IMG/VR virus record: IMGVR_UViG_3300021426_000005
DNA length: 64,000 nt
Direction: 5' to 3' (one strand)
Source: a virus
Taxonomy: Duplodnaviria > Caudoviricetes
Part shown: positions 56,560 to 64,000 of the stretch, piece after piece
Numbering within the stretch: position 1 is the stretch's first letter
Layout of the letters: every line of letters starts with the position of its first letter
Notes under the pieces: model-generated
The model's database searches: none
What the model was told of the DNA's origin: nothing
What the model saw: only the letters and a program-made list of their open reading frames with translations
Program-made: the position numbers and the translations under genes

Positions 56560-58311
56560 ATGGATATTTATAATATCGCTAATGAACTGAAACTTTCTCA
56601 TAAGACCATTCATGATATTCCGCTTAGAGTAACATTCTATGCTAGGGTTTCTACTACAAGAGAAGAACAAGAAGGCTCTATAGAGCATCAGATCAGCTTC
56701 TTTACTGAAATGATCCAGAATAATCATAATTGGACGTTTATTCCGGGTTATGTGGATAGGATCAGAGGGGAATCCGCATCTAACCGTGAAAACTTCATGC
56801 GTATGATTGAAGATGGGAAGAATGATAAATTCGATTTAATCCTGACGAAAGAGGTTTCCAGATTTGCAAGAAACACAATTGACAGCTTAACTTATACTAG
56901 AGAGCTATTACGCTGCGGTGTAGGTGTATTCTTCCAGAATGACGGAATTTGCACCATTGATACTGATAGTGAACTGAGACTAACTATCATGTCAAGTATA
57001 GCAGCTGATGAAGTCAGAAAGCTCTCAGAGCGTGTACATTGGGGACAGAAACGTTCAATTGAGAACGGTAGGGTCATGGGTAACAACCGTATGTATGGCT
57101 ATCACAAGTCCGACTGCAAATTAGTCATAGATGAAGCTGAAGCTGAAATGGTCAGACTGATATACCAACTATATGCTACCGGAGATTATAGCACCCGGAA
57201 AATAGAAAAAATCCTCTACGAAAGAGGATTTAGAAGCCGGAGCGGTACTAAAATTTTTCATGGGGTAATATCTGGAATAATTCAGAATCCTAAATACAAA
57301 GGATATTACTGTGGAAATAAGGTCCGAATAGTAGACTACAGAACAAAACAGCAGAAGTTTCTTCCGGAAGAGGACTGGATCATATACAAAGACGAAACCG
57401 GTGAAGTTGTTCCAGCTATAGTTTCAGAAGAACTCTGGGATAAGGCGAATGCAGTCTTCCAGGAAAGAAGTCAGGCTATTAAGGTAAGAGGGAGATCTTT
57501 CAAAGATAAAAGTCCATTGACCGGAAAGATCTGGTGCGGAGCTGACGGAAGTGCCTATTGGAGAACGAGCTATTCCAACAGCATCAAGATGGGAAGCCCA
57601 ATTTACCAATGGGTATGTAGTTCAAAGAAAAAGGACGGTGCAGCTTCTTGTAAATCATTTGCTTTAATGGAATGGGAAGTATACTACATCTTATCAAATA
57701 CATTCAAATCACTAGTAGATGATATAGATACTTATGTATCAGAATTTCTTGAACTCCTAAAAGCTACAGATCCTACCAAAGATGTACAGAAAGATATACT
57801 AGCACTAACAGCAAAAATTGATCAATGTAAAACAAAGAAAGATAAACTATTAGAAATATATATGGACGATGCTATATCTAAAGCTGAGTTCAAAGCTAAA
57901 AATGATGATTTCAATAGAAAGATTGAAGAATATGAAGGCGAAATCAATGACCTCAAGGAATTGAAATCCGACACAGCTATGACAAGCCGTAAGCTCCATG
58001 AGATTGAAAAGTCTATCAAGGGCATATATCAATCAGATGATGAAGTAATTCCGAAAGCTCAGTTGGACGACCTGATAAAGACTGTACTGGATAAAATAGA
58101 AGTTTATCCTGATACTGAGGATTCAATGATTCTTAAAATCTTCCTAAAAACTGGGTCAGAAACATCAGTAACTCATTCAAAAGACTTGCGTTGTTCTGGA
58201 CACATCAAACATATGATTAAGCCACAACAACAATACATATTCAAAAGAAATTCTATAAAAAGACAGCATCATGAATTCCAAATCAGATATGATGCTGAAA
58301 TATACATATAA
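56560..58311 (+). CDS. large serine recombinase (integrase)
   Basis: YARVST catalytic Ser, SRFARN, recombinase domain (NPKYKG), Zn-ribbon-like region and coiled coil. Confidence 0.95.
   Translation: MDIYNIANELKLSHKTIHDIPLRVTFYARVSTTREEQEGSIEHQISFFTEMIQNNHNWTFIPGYVDRIRGESASNRENFMRMIEDGKNDKFDLILTKEVSRFARNTIDSLTYTRELLRCGVGVFFQNDGICTIDTDSELRLTIMSSIAADEVRKLSERVHWGQKRSIENGRVMGNNRMYGYHKSDCKLVIDEAEAEMVRLIYQLYATGDYSTRKIEKILYERGFRSRSGTKIFHGVISGIIQNPKYKGYYCGNKVRIVDYRTKQQKFLPEEDWIIYKDETGEVVPAIVSEELWDKANAVFQERSQAIKVRGRSFKDKSPLTGKIWCGADGSAYWRTSYSNSIKMGSPIYQWVCSSKKKDGAASCKSFALMEWEVYYILSNTFKSLVDDIDTYVSEFLELLKATDPTKDVQKDILALTAKIDQCKTKKDKLLEIYMDDAISKAEFKAKNDDFNRKIEEYEGEINDLKELKSDTAMTSRKLHEIEKSIKGIYQSDDEVIPKAQLDDLIKTVLDKIEVYPDTEDSMILKIFLKTGSETSVTHSKDLRCSGHIKHMIKPQQQYIFKRNSIKRQHHEFQIRYDAEIYI
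58190..58231. repeat. imperfect inverted repeat, candidate attP inside integrase ORF
   Basis: GTTGTTCTGG-acac-ATCA-aaCAta-TGAT-taag-CCACAACAAC, symmetric about CA at 58210-58211. Confidence 0.55.
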
Positions 58312-58314
58312 AAT

Positions 58315-58342
58315 AAGGCTGGGATCAGTAAGTCCCAGCCTT
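58315..58342. terminator. bidirectional terminator
   Basis: AAGGCTGGGA/TCCCAGCCTT between convergent genes. Confidence 0.8.
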
Positions 58343-58346
58343 TAGT

Positions 58347-60092
58347 TTATTCGATTGGATCAAGAGCATCAGCAATTCCACTCATGATATAAGCTACACA
58401 TGGTACCGCTACCGAATTTCCTAATGCTTTATATCTTGAAGCATCGGATTCAGGATAGGTCCAATTGTCAGGAAAACCCTGGAGCCTTTCGCATTCCACA
58501 GGCGTCAACCTCCGGACAATCGAATTTGATTTATATACTATCTTGGGGTCTTTATAATCCCTTGCAAGTAAGGTAGGTACAACTTCTTCATCACAACCCA
58601 TGAAATGCCCTGTAGTTGCGCAGAGTGCCGGCTGCTCCATTACCAACGGAACATTACCTCCACCAGTACCCATTCTCGCAGATAACGTCTGACATATTCC
58701 GTCATCGGAAATCTTTACCCTACTGTCTGCTGGATGATTTTCAATTAATACACCCATTCTCTGATTAGCCACTAAAGTAGGTGATAATTCTTCATTGTAT
58801 GGTAAACATGGCACTCCTGGACCGGCTTGATAAGCAAAAGCTGCTGAGGATTTTTCAGTTTGATCTTTTACGGAATAAGCAACCGCAGGTCTATCTATAG
58901 TAGTCAATGTATAAGATACATCTTCTTTCCAACCTTTACCATTGCAACTAGCGGTATCAGCTCTGTCAACGCAATTTCCTTGTATACAGTACACCGGTTC
59001 CTGAACTACCACATTTCCGCCTTGATTGCAAGTAGGATCTGTTCCTGTGGTATCAAGGGTCTTAGCTACATCTGCTTTGTAGAAGCCACTATTAGGATTA
59101 CCGGACTTCATAGAGTTCGATCCCATAGAACATATACCATAGACTTCCGATGCTTCTGATTGACTATCTACCAGCACAGACATCTGATTATCGCCCATCT
59201 GTGCTCTTAATGTACCGGAAAGCTCAGGCCATAGCCTTGAACCCTTTAGTCTTGAGGAAGCTCCTGGTTCAAATCCGTAGGTTGTTGTTTCTGCGACATC
59301 AGATGTGCTTGCCTTTCCAATGCTACTTTCAGCCTTTCCGGAAGCTCTTTTCCACGGGATTTCGCCCTGCGGAGTATGCCTTCGCAGGCTTTCTGGCTTA
59401 AATAATACCTCTCTTGCACGTTGTCCTCCAAGATCTGTGACAAGGAAGATTCTACGTCTGCGCTGGGGGACTCCCCAATATTCAGCATCGAGAGTCCTCC
59501 AAGCAAGGGATCCGGACTTTCCCAACAACTCCCCCGCTTTTGTCCACTGCTTAGGTCTAAACGTAGGAAGTTCTTCTCCAAATAGTCCAGCGAATTCTCG
59601 CAGGACGCAGTAGAAGTCGTCTCCATTGTTTGAGCTAAGACTCCCGAATACATTTTCCCAGATAATAAATTTCGGATACTCGCCATTAGTTGCTTCCCTC
59701 ATTTCTTTAATAATTCTGATCTGTTCTACAAATAGACCGCTTCGTGTTAGTTCCAATTCTGCTCCACACTCAGGGCAGGTAAAAACGTCAGAATTTGCAA
59801 GAATTGAAAATCCGCAGTCTTGGCAAATTCGTGAAATTCCGGCCTGCTTTCCGGCGATAGACAATGACTGACAGGGCGACCCTCCAGAAATTATATCAAC
59901 CGGATCAATTTTACCACCATCGATCTTCGTAATATCCCCAATATGCTTCATATTCGGGAAATGCCGTTTTGTGATGCGTATCGGAGCTTCTTCAATCTCA
60001 GAAGCCCATACTGGTTCAATACCGTACATCTGAGCTGCAAGTTCAAATCCACCGATACCAGAAAACAAACTTCCTAATGTCAGCTTAGGCAT
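58347..60092 (-). CDS. dcm: C5-cytosine DNA methyltransferase with long variable region
   Basis: FSGIGG, GSPCQ, WENV, QRRRR, RRLTPVECERLQGFP, LGNSV. Confidence 0.95.
   Translation of the reverse strand: MPKLTLGSLFSGIGGFELAAQMYGIEPVWASEIEEAPIRITKRHFPNMKHIGDITKIDGGKIDPVDIISGGSPCQSLSIAGKQAGISRICQDCGFSILANSDVFTCPECGAELELTRSGLFVEQIRIIKEMREATNGEYPKFIIWENVFGSLSSNNGDDFYCVLREFAGLFGEELPTFRPKQWTKAGELLGKSGSLAWRTLDAEYWGVPQRRRRIFLVTDLGGQRAREVLFKPESLRRHTPQGEIPWKRASGKAESSIGKASTSDVAETTTYGFEPGASSRLKGSRLWPELSGTLRAQMGDNQMSVLVDSQSEASEVYGICSMGSNSMKSGNPNSGFYKADVAKTLDTTGTDPTCNQGGNVVVQEPVYCIQGNCVDRADTASCNGKGWKEDVSYTLTTIDRPAVAYSVKDQTEKSSAAFAYQAGPGVPCLPYNEELSPTLVANQRMGVLIENHPADSRVKISDDGICQTLSARMGTGGGNVPLVMEQPALCATTGHFMGCDEEVVPTLLARDYKDPKIVYKSNSIVRRLTPVECERLQGFPDNWTYPESDASRYKALGNSVAVPCVAYIMSGIADALDPIE
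59246..59686 (-). CDS. alternative-frame ORF nested in dcm (M.EcoHK31I beta-like)
   Basis: Ends SLSQILE..YYLSQKACEGILRRAKSRGKELP..ALE, a motif I recognise from nested-frame products of phage C5-MTases. Confidence 0.55.
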   Translation of the reverse strand: MASIRNLLSGKMYSGVLAQTMETTSTASCENSLDYLEKNFLRLDLSSGQKRGSCWESPDPLLGGLSMLNIGESPSADVESSLSQILEDNVQERYYLSQKACEGILRRAKSRGKELPERLKVALERQAHLMSQKQQPTDLNQELPQD

Positions 60093-60128
60093 TATGTATT
60101 ATCCTCCATTATAAATAGTATATATAGA

Positions 60129-60169
60129 TATATAAGGTCTGTTGTCTTTATACACTATCTATAACGATT
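60129..60169 (-). promoter_or_regulatory. tandem class I (60160-60169) and class II-like (60129-60140) words upstream of dcm
   Basis: AATCGTTATA and AGACCTTATATA. Confidence 0.7.
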
Positions 60170-60216
60170 GCAAAGAATAAAACTCACAAGGTTCAATTGG
60201 CCTTATGGGTTAAGTA

Positions 60217-60597
60217 TCAGTCAGGTTTCCAGCCATCATCCAGATAGCATTTATAATGTTGGCTGTTATCATATCGAACGGTTGGGACTTCCCTAAGCCC
60301 AAATTCAACCTTTATATCCGAGATCAAGTCATCCGGAACATTGGGATTCATGTATACTATAGGTTTCCCTTTGTTTGAAAAGTCTACACGACCTCTGGGG
60401 TAGTAATTATACGGCTTATTGCACCCCTTTGGTTTTACGTCCTGCCAGAGCTTCTTGTGATTATAGGTATTGCCAGATTTTGCTACACCTTGAGTATCAT
60501 AATCAATAAACGGAAATGCTAATAATTCATCATCTATGACCCAGAACACACCCCTAGTTGGTTCTTTCGCCATTGATTTTATATATAGCTTCATCAT
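60217..60597 (-). CDS. hypothetical protein (GVFW..H..W..YYPRGRV..HY) with MKLYIKS N-terminus
   Basis: Coupled to upstream P-loop gene. Confidence 0.75.
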   Translation of the reverse strand: MMKLYIKSMAKEPTRGVFWVIDDELLAFPFIDYDTQGVAKSGNTYNHKKLWQDVKPKGCNKPYNYYPRGRVDFSNKGKPIVYMNPNVPDDLISDIKVEFGLREVPTVRYDNSQHYKCYLDDGWKPD

Positions 60598-61217
60598 TCA
60601 TCAATCCTTTCCACATAGTCAAAGAATGCAGACAGCCATTCCGGTGGAGTTGATGTTGTCTGATCCATAGTATTAGAAATACGATTATACACAGCTACAA
60701 GTTGATACCCGTTGCTGCTATCATAGAATTTTGCCGTATCACAGTAGTCTAAAATTTTACTTAATTGTTCAAATCTATGATTATATCTACGGATAATCGT
60801 TTCACTTGGTATGTCGTGACCGCCATGCTTCACTCGGTTGGCTACCCTATCGATGCTATCCTGTGCGGAATTCAGACCGATATATATTAGGTTTATCGTA
60901 TACCCATGTTCCTTAGCTTTCTTAGCAGTAGCTATAATGTGCTTACCAGAAAGCGTAGTTTCTTCTGTAAATGCAAATCCATTTTCTATGCAATATTCAA
61001 TATCCTTTAATGCTTCTTTACCACCTTTGATATTGCCACCATACTTTATCGCATAGTCATCAGGATCTATAATTACACCGTATGATTCACTAGTTGTGCG
61101 CAAGATACCCATTGCTGAACTCTTTCCAACACCGTTTACGCCAGCAAGTATGGTGAATACCTTTTTCTTGACCTTAGTATCAACCACACTTATTATTCTT
61201 CTGATATACCGCTTCAT
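60594..61217 (-). CDS. zeta-toxin-like P-loop kinase/ATPase
   Basis: AGVNGVGKSS, DPD, ETTLSG, RVANRVKHGGHDIP..I.RRY. Confidence 0.85.
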   Translation of the reverse strand: MKRYIRRIISVVDTKVKKKVFTILAGVNGVGKSSAMGILRTTSESYGVIIDPDDYAIKYGGNIKGGKEALKDIEYCIENGFAFTEETTLSGKHIIATAKKAKEHGYTINLIYIGLNSAQDSIDRVANRVKHGGHDIPSETIIRRYNHRFEQLSKILDYCDTAKFYDSSNGYQLVAVYNRISNTMDQTTSTPPEWLSAFFDYVERIDE

Positions 61218-61237
61218 AACATCAGCCCCTTTATTGC

Positions 61238-61265
61238 ATTATATCGGTTTTATTCAATATGTCAA
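61238..61265 (-). promoter_or_regulatory. sigmaA-type promoter TTGACA-16-TATAAT
   Basis: Direct match upstream of zeta-like gene. Confidence 0.65.
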
Positions 61266-61385
61266 GCACTTATTTCATATACTACGGCTGCATCCTGAAT
61301 ACAGTAATTCATTACTTGTAAAGCTGAAATATACCAGCCTAAAAGGAATCTGTATTTACTGAGCTTCATCAGGCTTTTCCTCCTA

Positions 61386-61850
61386 TTAGCTAACAATATC
61401 ATATGTGGCTACTTTATCCGAAGCATTGTAGTGCATTTCGCAGTACAAATCTTTTGCGTTTAGTAGCTTATCAATGAAGCGCTTAACGGATTGTGCCTGA
61501 GATTTCGTGATTTCCTTAAGTGTGGGACAGTAAGGGGATGCAACTTCGGAAACCCTATTCCCTTCTGCATCAAAACCAAAATCCGACAAAATAGATCTTG
61601 CAGCTTCTATTTTGTCAAATGTATTCGTATCGGCAGAAGGTTCATCATAAAGTCTTGTGTACTTATCATAGGACATTACAACTACACGGTCATCCGCAAA
61701 CACACGGAATGAGTTTATAAGCTCTTTTACTTCTGCTTCTGTTATTTTAGTCTTGTTGTAAATTACCGCCATACAGTGATCCACACCATTGTCGGTAACA
61801 GTGAACTCTATCATTTGCAAGTTCTTCGCTGTAATCCGTCTATTTTCCAT
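61386..61850 (-). CDS. hypothetical protein
   Basis: RBS GAGGAGGT. Confidence 0.7.
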   Translation of the reverse strand: MENRRITAKNLQMIEFTVTDNGVDHCMAVIYNKTKITEAEVKELINSFRVFADDRVVVMSYDKYTRLYDEPSADTNTFDKIEAARSILSDFGFDAEGNRVSEVASPYCPTLKEITKSQAQSVKRFIDKLLNAKDLYCEMHYNASDKVATYDIVS

Positions 61851-61862
61851 TGATATACCTCC

Positions 61863-62924
61863 TCAATTTTCTATTATATTTACAACCGCAGGTGCATCTT
61901 CATCAGATTTAGTATTGATGAACATAGGTGCTACCCACTTAACTACTAACTTACGCTCAGGTGTATCACGCTTACCAGTCCAATAGTGGTGGAAGTGTGC
62001 TCTCCTGGTGTGCGGTCTCTTCCTTGAATGCTTAGTAATTGTTCGGGATCCGCCGGAATGTTCGGTGTTGCTGTTCTGACGAATGATTTGGCCAACTCTA
62101 TACCCTACGTCCCATTTTTGAATAGAACTGAGCTTATCCTTACGAACATTAGCTTTCTTGTATATTTTCTTCTGCTCTGGGTTTTCTACCACATCACTAT
62201 TGATAGCGCAGAGATAAAGAAGTATCTGCACAGCAGTATTCAGGTGCATACCTACATGAGTATCGACTTCTGCAATATAGGCTTCGGCTTCATCAGGTTT
62301 AAGCCTATCCTTTTGAGAGAATACTGCTTCACGGAATAGTTTTGTGTAACCTTCTCTGGATTCTTTTATAGTCAAACCTGGTGTCATCGAAATAGGAAAT
62401 CCAAGCACGTTTCCATTTTTCATCACAAACATGATATGAAGTGAATTGAGGAATTCAGTGCTTACGGTAGAAACGTTTTCACCCTTATCAAAGATTTGAA
62501 CGTTTCTGGAACAGAAGAATCCTTCGCAGCCTGATGAATAATCATGGATATCTACATAGAATGAATCATAAGGGAGATTTCTAAGGGATTCGATTTCAAC
62601 GTCATCACACTCAGACAAAGTGAGTTCTTCTATCAGTGTAGGATCAAATGTGTAGATCTGAGAATATCTTCTCCATGCCGCTAAGTGAAACAAATCCTCT
62701 ACGTTTATCCCCTTGGTGTGAAGATTGAGCTTGCTACTAAGTTCAACATAAGCAGTCAGCGGAAGATAACAGCAACTATCCCAAGTCATACCAGATTGCA
62801 TCATGACATCACGGAACATATCTACCATTTCAAATACATCACCGTATCCGGTATCTATCTTGCGAATTTCCTTGATACGCTGTAGCGGTAAAGGCTCTGC
62901 TATAGTTCTTTTCCTTTTAGCCAT
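61863..62924 (-). CDS. AcrVA2-family-like protein
   Basis: AAWRRYSQIYTFD, LRNLPYDSFYV, LLYLC, WDVGYRVG, RPHTRRAHFHHYWTG, KWVAP. Confidence 0.7.
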   Translation of the reverse strand: MAKRKRTIAEPLPLQRIKEIRKIDTGYGDVFEMVDMFRDVMMQSGMTWDSCCYLPLTAYVELSSKLNLHTKGINVEDLFHLAAWRRYSQIYTFDPTLIEELTLSECDDVEIESLRNLPYDSFYVDIHDYSSGCEGFFCSRNVQIFDKGENVSTVSTEFLNSLHIMFVMKNGNVLGFPISMTPGLTIKESREGYTKLFREAVFSQKDRLKPDEAEAYIAEVDTHVGMHLNTAVQILLYLCAINSDVVENPEQKKIYKKANVRKDKLSSIQKWDVGYRVGQIIRQNSNTEHSGGSRTITKHSRKRPHTRRAHFHHYWTGKRDTPERKLVVKWVAPMFINTKSDEDAPAVVNIIEN

Positions 62925-62943
62925 AATATCATCTCCTATATAT

Positions 62944-63097
62944 GACAACGATTTGTGGTTTTCACTATCCTAATTATATCATACCGTACATATATTTTCA
63001 ATTAGTAAGTTGCACAAAGTTACAATATCGTAATTGTGTATATAGTACATATTGACAATTACGGCATTATATGTTAAAATAAGATAGCATCGTTATA
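62944..63097. promoter_or_regulatory. divergent dual-promoter region: sigmaA plus class I word on each strand
   Basis: Minus: TTGAAA-17-TATAAT (63001-62973) and AATCGTTGTC (62953-62944). Plus: TTGACA-17-TAAAAT (63052-63080) and CATCGTTATA (63088-63097). Confidence 0.7.
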
Positions 63098-63122
63098 TGT
63101 TTATGAAAGGGGCTGATAACTT

Positions 63123-63509
63123 ATGATCAAAGATCTCATATGCCAACGTTGCGGAGCTACATACCAGGGCGATCCCAGAAGCCGGTATTGCTCTTACTGC
63201 AAAGGACATCGACCTCCGTCAGTTCATATTGGAGATACAAAGGTATGCCCGAACTGTGGCAAATCATTTGAACTCACAAAGAACGGACAAAAATATTGTC
63301 CTGATTGCGGACCGTTAATAGCTAAGAAGAAGAAAATTGCAGCAAACTATCGGTACGGAAAGAAGACTTATGCACGAATGGAACTTCGTGTTCTGAAGAA
63401 TGACAAACAACGTATTGTAGACCATGCGACTAATATGGGCGAATCTGTTAATCAGTTTGTGCTAAGAGCTGTAGAGAATCAGATCAAAACCGATAAAGGA
63501 TCAGAATAA
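63123..63509 (+). CDS. double zinc-ribbon protein with C-terminal ribbon-helix-helix
   Basis: Four CxxC pairs; YARMELRV..GESVNQFVLRAVE RHH-like end. Confidence 0.75.
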   Translation: MIKDLICQRCGATYQGDPRSRYCSYCKGHRPPSVHIGDTKVCPNCGKSFELTKNGQKYCPDCGPLIAKKKKIAANYRYGKKTYARMELRVLKNDKQRIVDHATNMGESVNQFVLRAVENQIKTDKGSE

Positions 63510-63513
63510 CAAG

Positions 63514-63538
63514 AAGCTCCGGATATACTCCGGAGCTT
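63514..63538. terminator. bidirectional terminator
   Basis: AAGCTCCGGA/TCCGGAGCTT. Confidence 0.8.
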
Positions 63539-63543
63539 TTATT

Positions 63544-63999
63544 TTAGAATAATTTTCTGCTTTGGGATCTGATATACTCAGCGACCCTACGCTTGCCTAT
63601 ATCTACATAAGGTTCTGATTCTGAATTCATCAGTTCCATGTCAATGTAGGAAAGCTGATAGTCTTCTTCCCTATTCAGCTTTTCGCAGGCTACTGCATGG
63701 GTACATGATCCAGCGGTTATGTCGATAGTCATACCATGCTTCGGTGTAAGTAGCTTTATTAGCCACATTATCAGCTTTACTGGCTTTATGGTCACATGGG
63801 GATTTGCAGTACCATCTTTCAATATCTTTTCATCATTAGCTGGCTTAGGGCAGTATTTGAACACCGGGAACATTCTGCTTCCACCACCAATATCCCCACA
63901 GCCACCGTGATTGCATATATCAACTTCAGAACTTGGATTATACTGGCTATAACACCGTTTACCCATATTACCAAGGCTGTTTAATCCTGATCCTCCGGT
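63544..63999 (-). CDS. N6A/N4C DNA methyltransferase, C-terminal part (runs off window)
   Basis: HVTIKPVKLIMWLIKLLTP..IDITAGSCT (beta-class motifs X-I); frame open to window edge. Confidence 0.75.
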   Translation of the reverse strand, partial: TGGSGLNSLGNMGKRCYSQYNPSSEVDICNHGGCGDIGGGSRMFPVFKYCPKPANDEKILKDGTANPHVTIKPVKLIMWLIKLLTPKHGMTIDITAGSCTHAVACEKLNREEDYQLSYIDMELMNSESEPYVDIGKRRVAEYIRSQSRKLF

Positions 64000-64000
64000 A

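Larger units (their letters stand above)
1..64000. mobile_element. Segment of a large, probably temperate myovirus-like phage (Bacillota/Clostridia host)
   Basis: Sheath, portal, TerL, phage replication genes, YopX and DUF3310 genes, serine integrase and repressor; strong GGAGG/GGTGA RBSs; no host housekeeping operons. Confidence 0.93.

Noticed and set aside
59265-59280. GGTTCAAATCC resembling a tRNA T-loop
   Set aside because: Inside dcm, no cloverleaf context; no tRNA found by eye in the window.

Overview
The whole window looks like part of a large, probably temperate, contractile-tailed phage of a Bacillota (Clostridia-like) host; no host housekeeping DNA is evident. Layout: late structural and packaging genes (sheath, neck, LRR protein, portal, TerL; about 1.3-15.4 kb), a replication/recombination block (family-A polymerase with its own beta clamp and DnaX/HolA/HolB-like loader, RecA, Cas4-like nuclease, SSB, primase, DnaB; 15.5-33 kb), an AT-rich origin candidate, a repressor/operator switch facing three sigma-like genes (35.2-38.8 kb), a second late block of fibre proteins (38.8-47.8 kb), small accessory genes, a large serine integrase, two DNA methyltransferases and an AcrVA2-like gene. 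Reading intergenic DNA by eye reveals two recurring phage-specific promoter-like words (AATCGTTATA, 11 sites; TAACCTTNTATA, 7 sites) plus host sigmaA-type promoters, which together suggest a three-tier sigma cascade. Other highlights: an attP-like inverted repeat inside the integrase 3' end, a catalytically dead NAD-ligase homologue between terminase and portal, a shared N-terminal MK(K/R/L)(Y/L)I(K/R) tag on unrelated proteins, and a small module fused to an LRR domain. All calls come from motif recognition by eye; no database searches were run.
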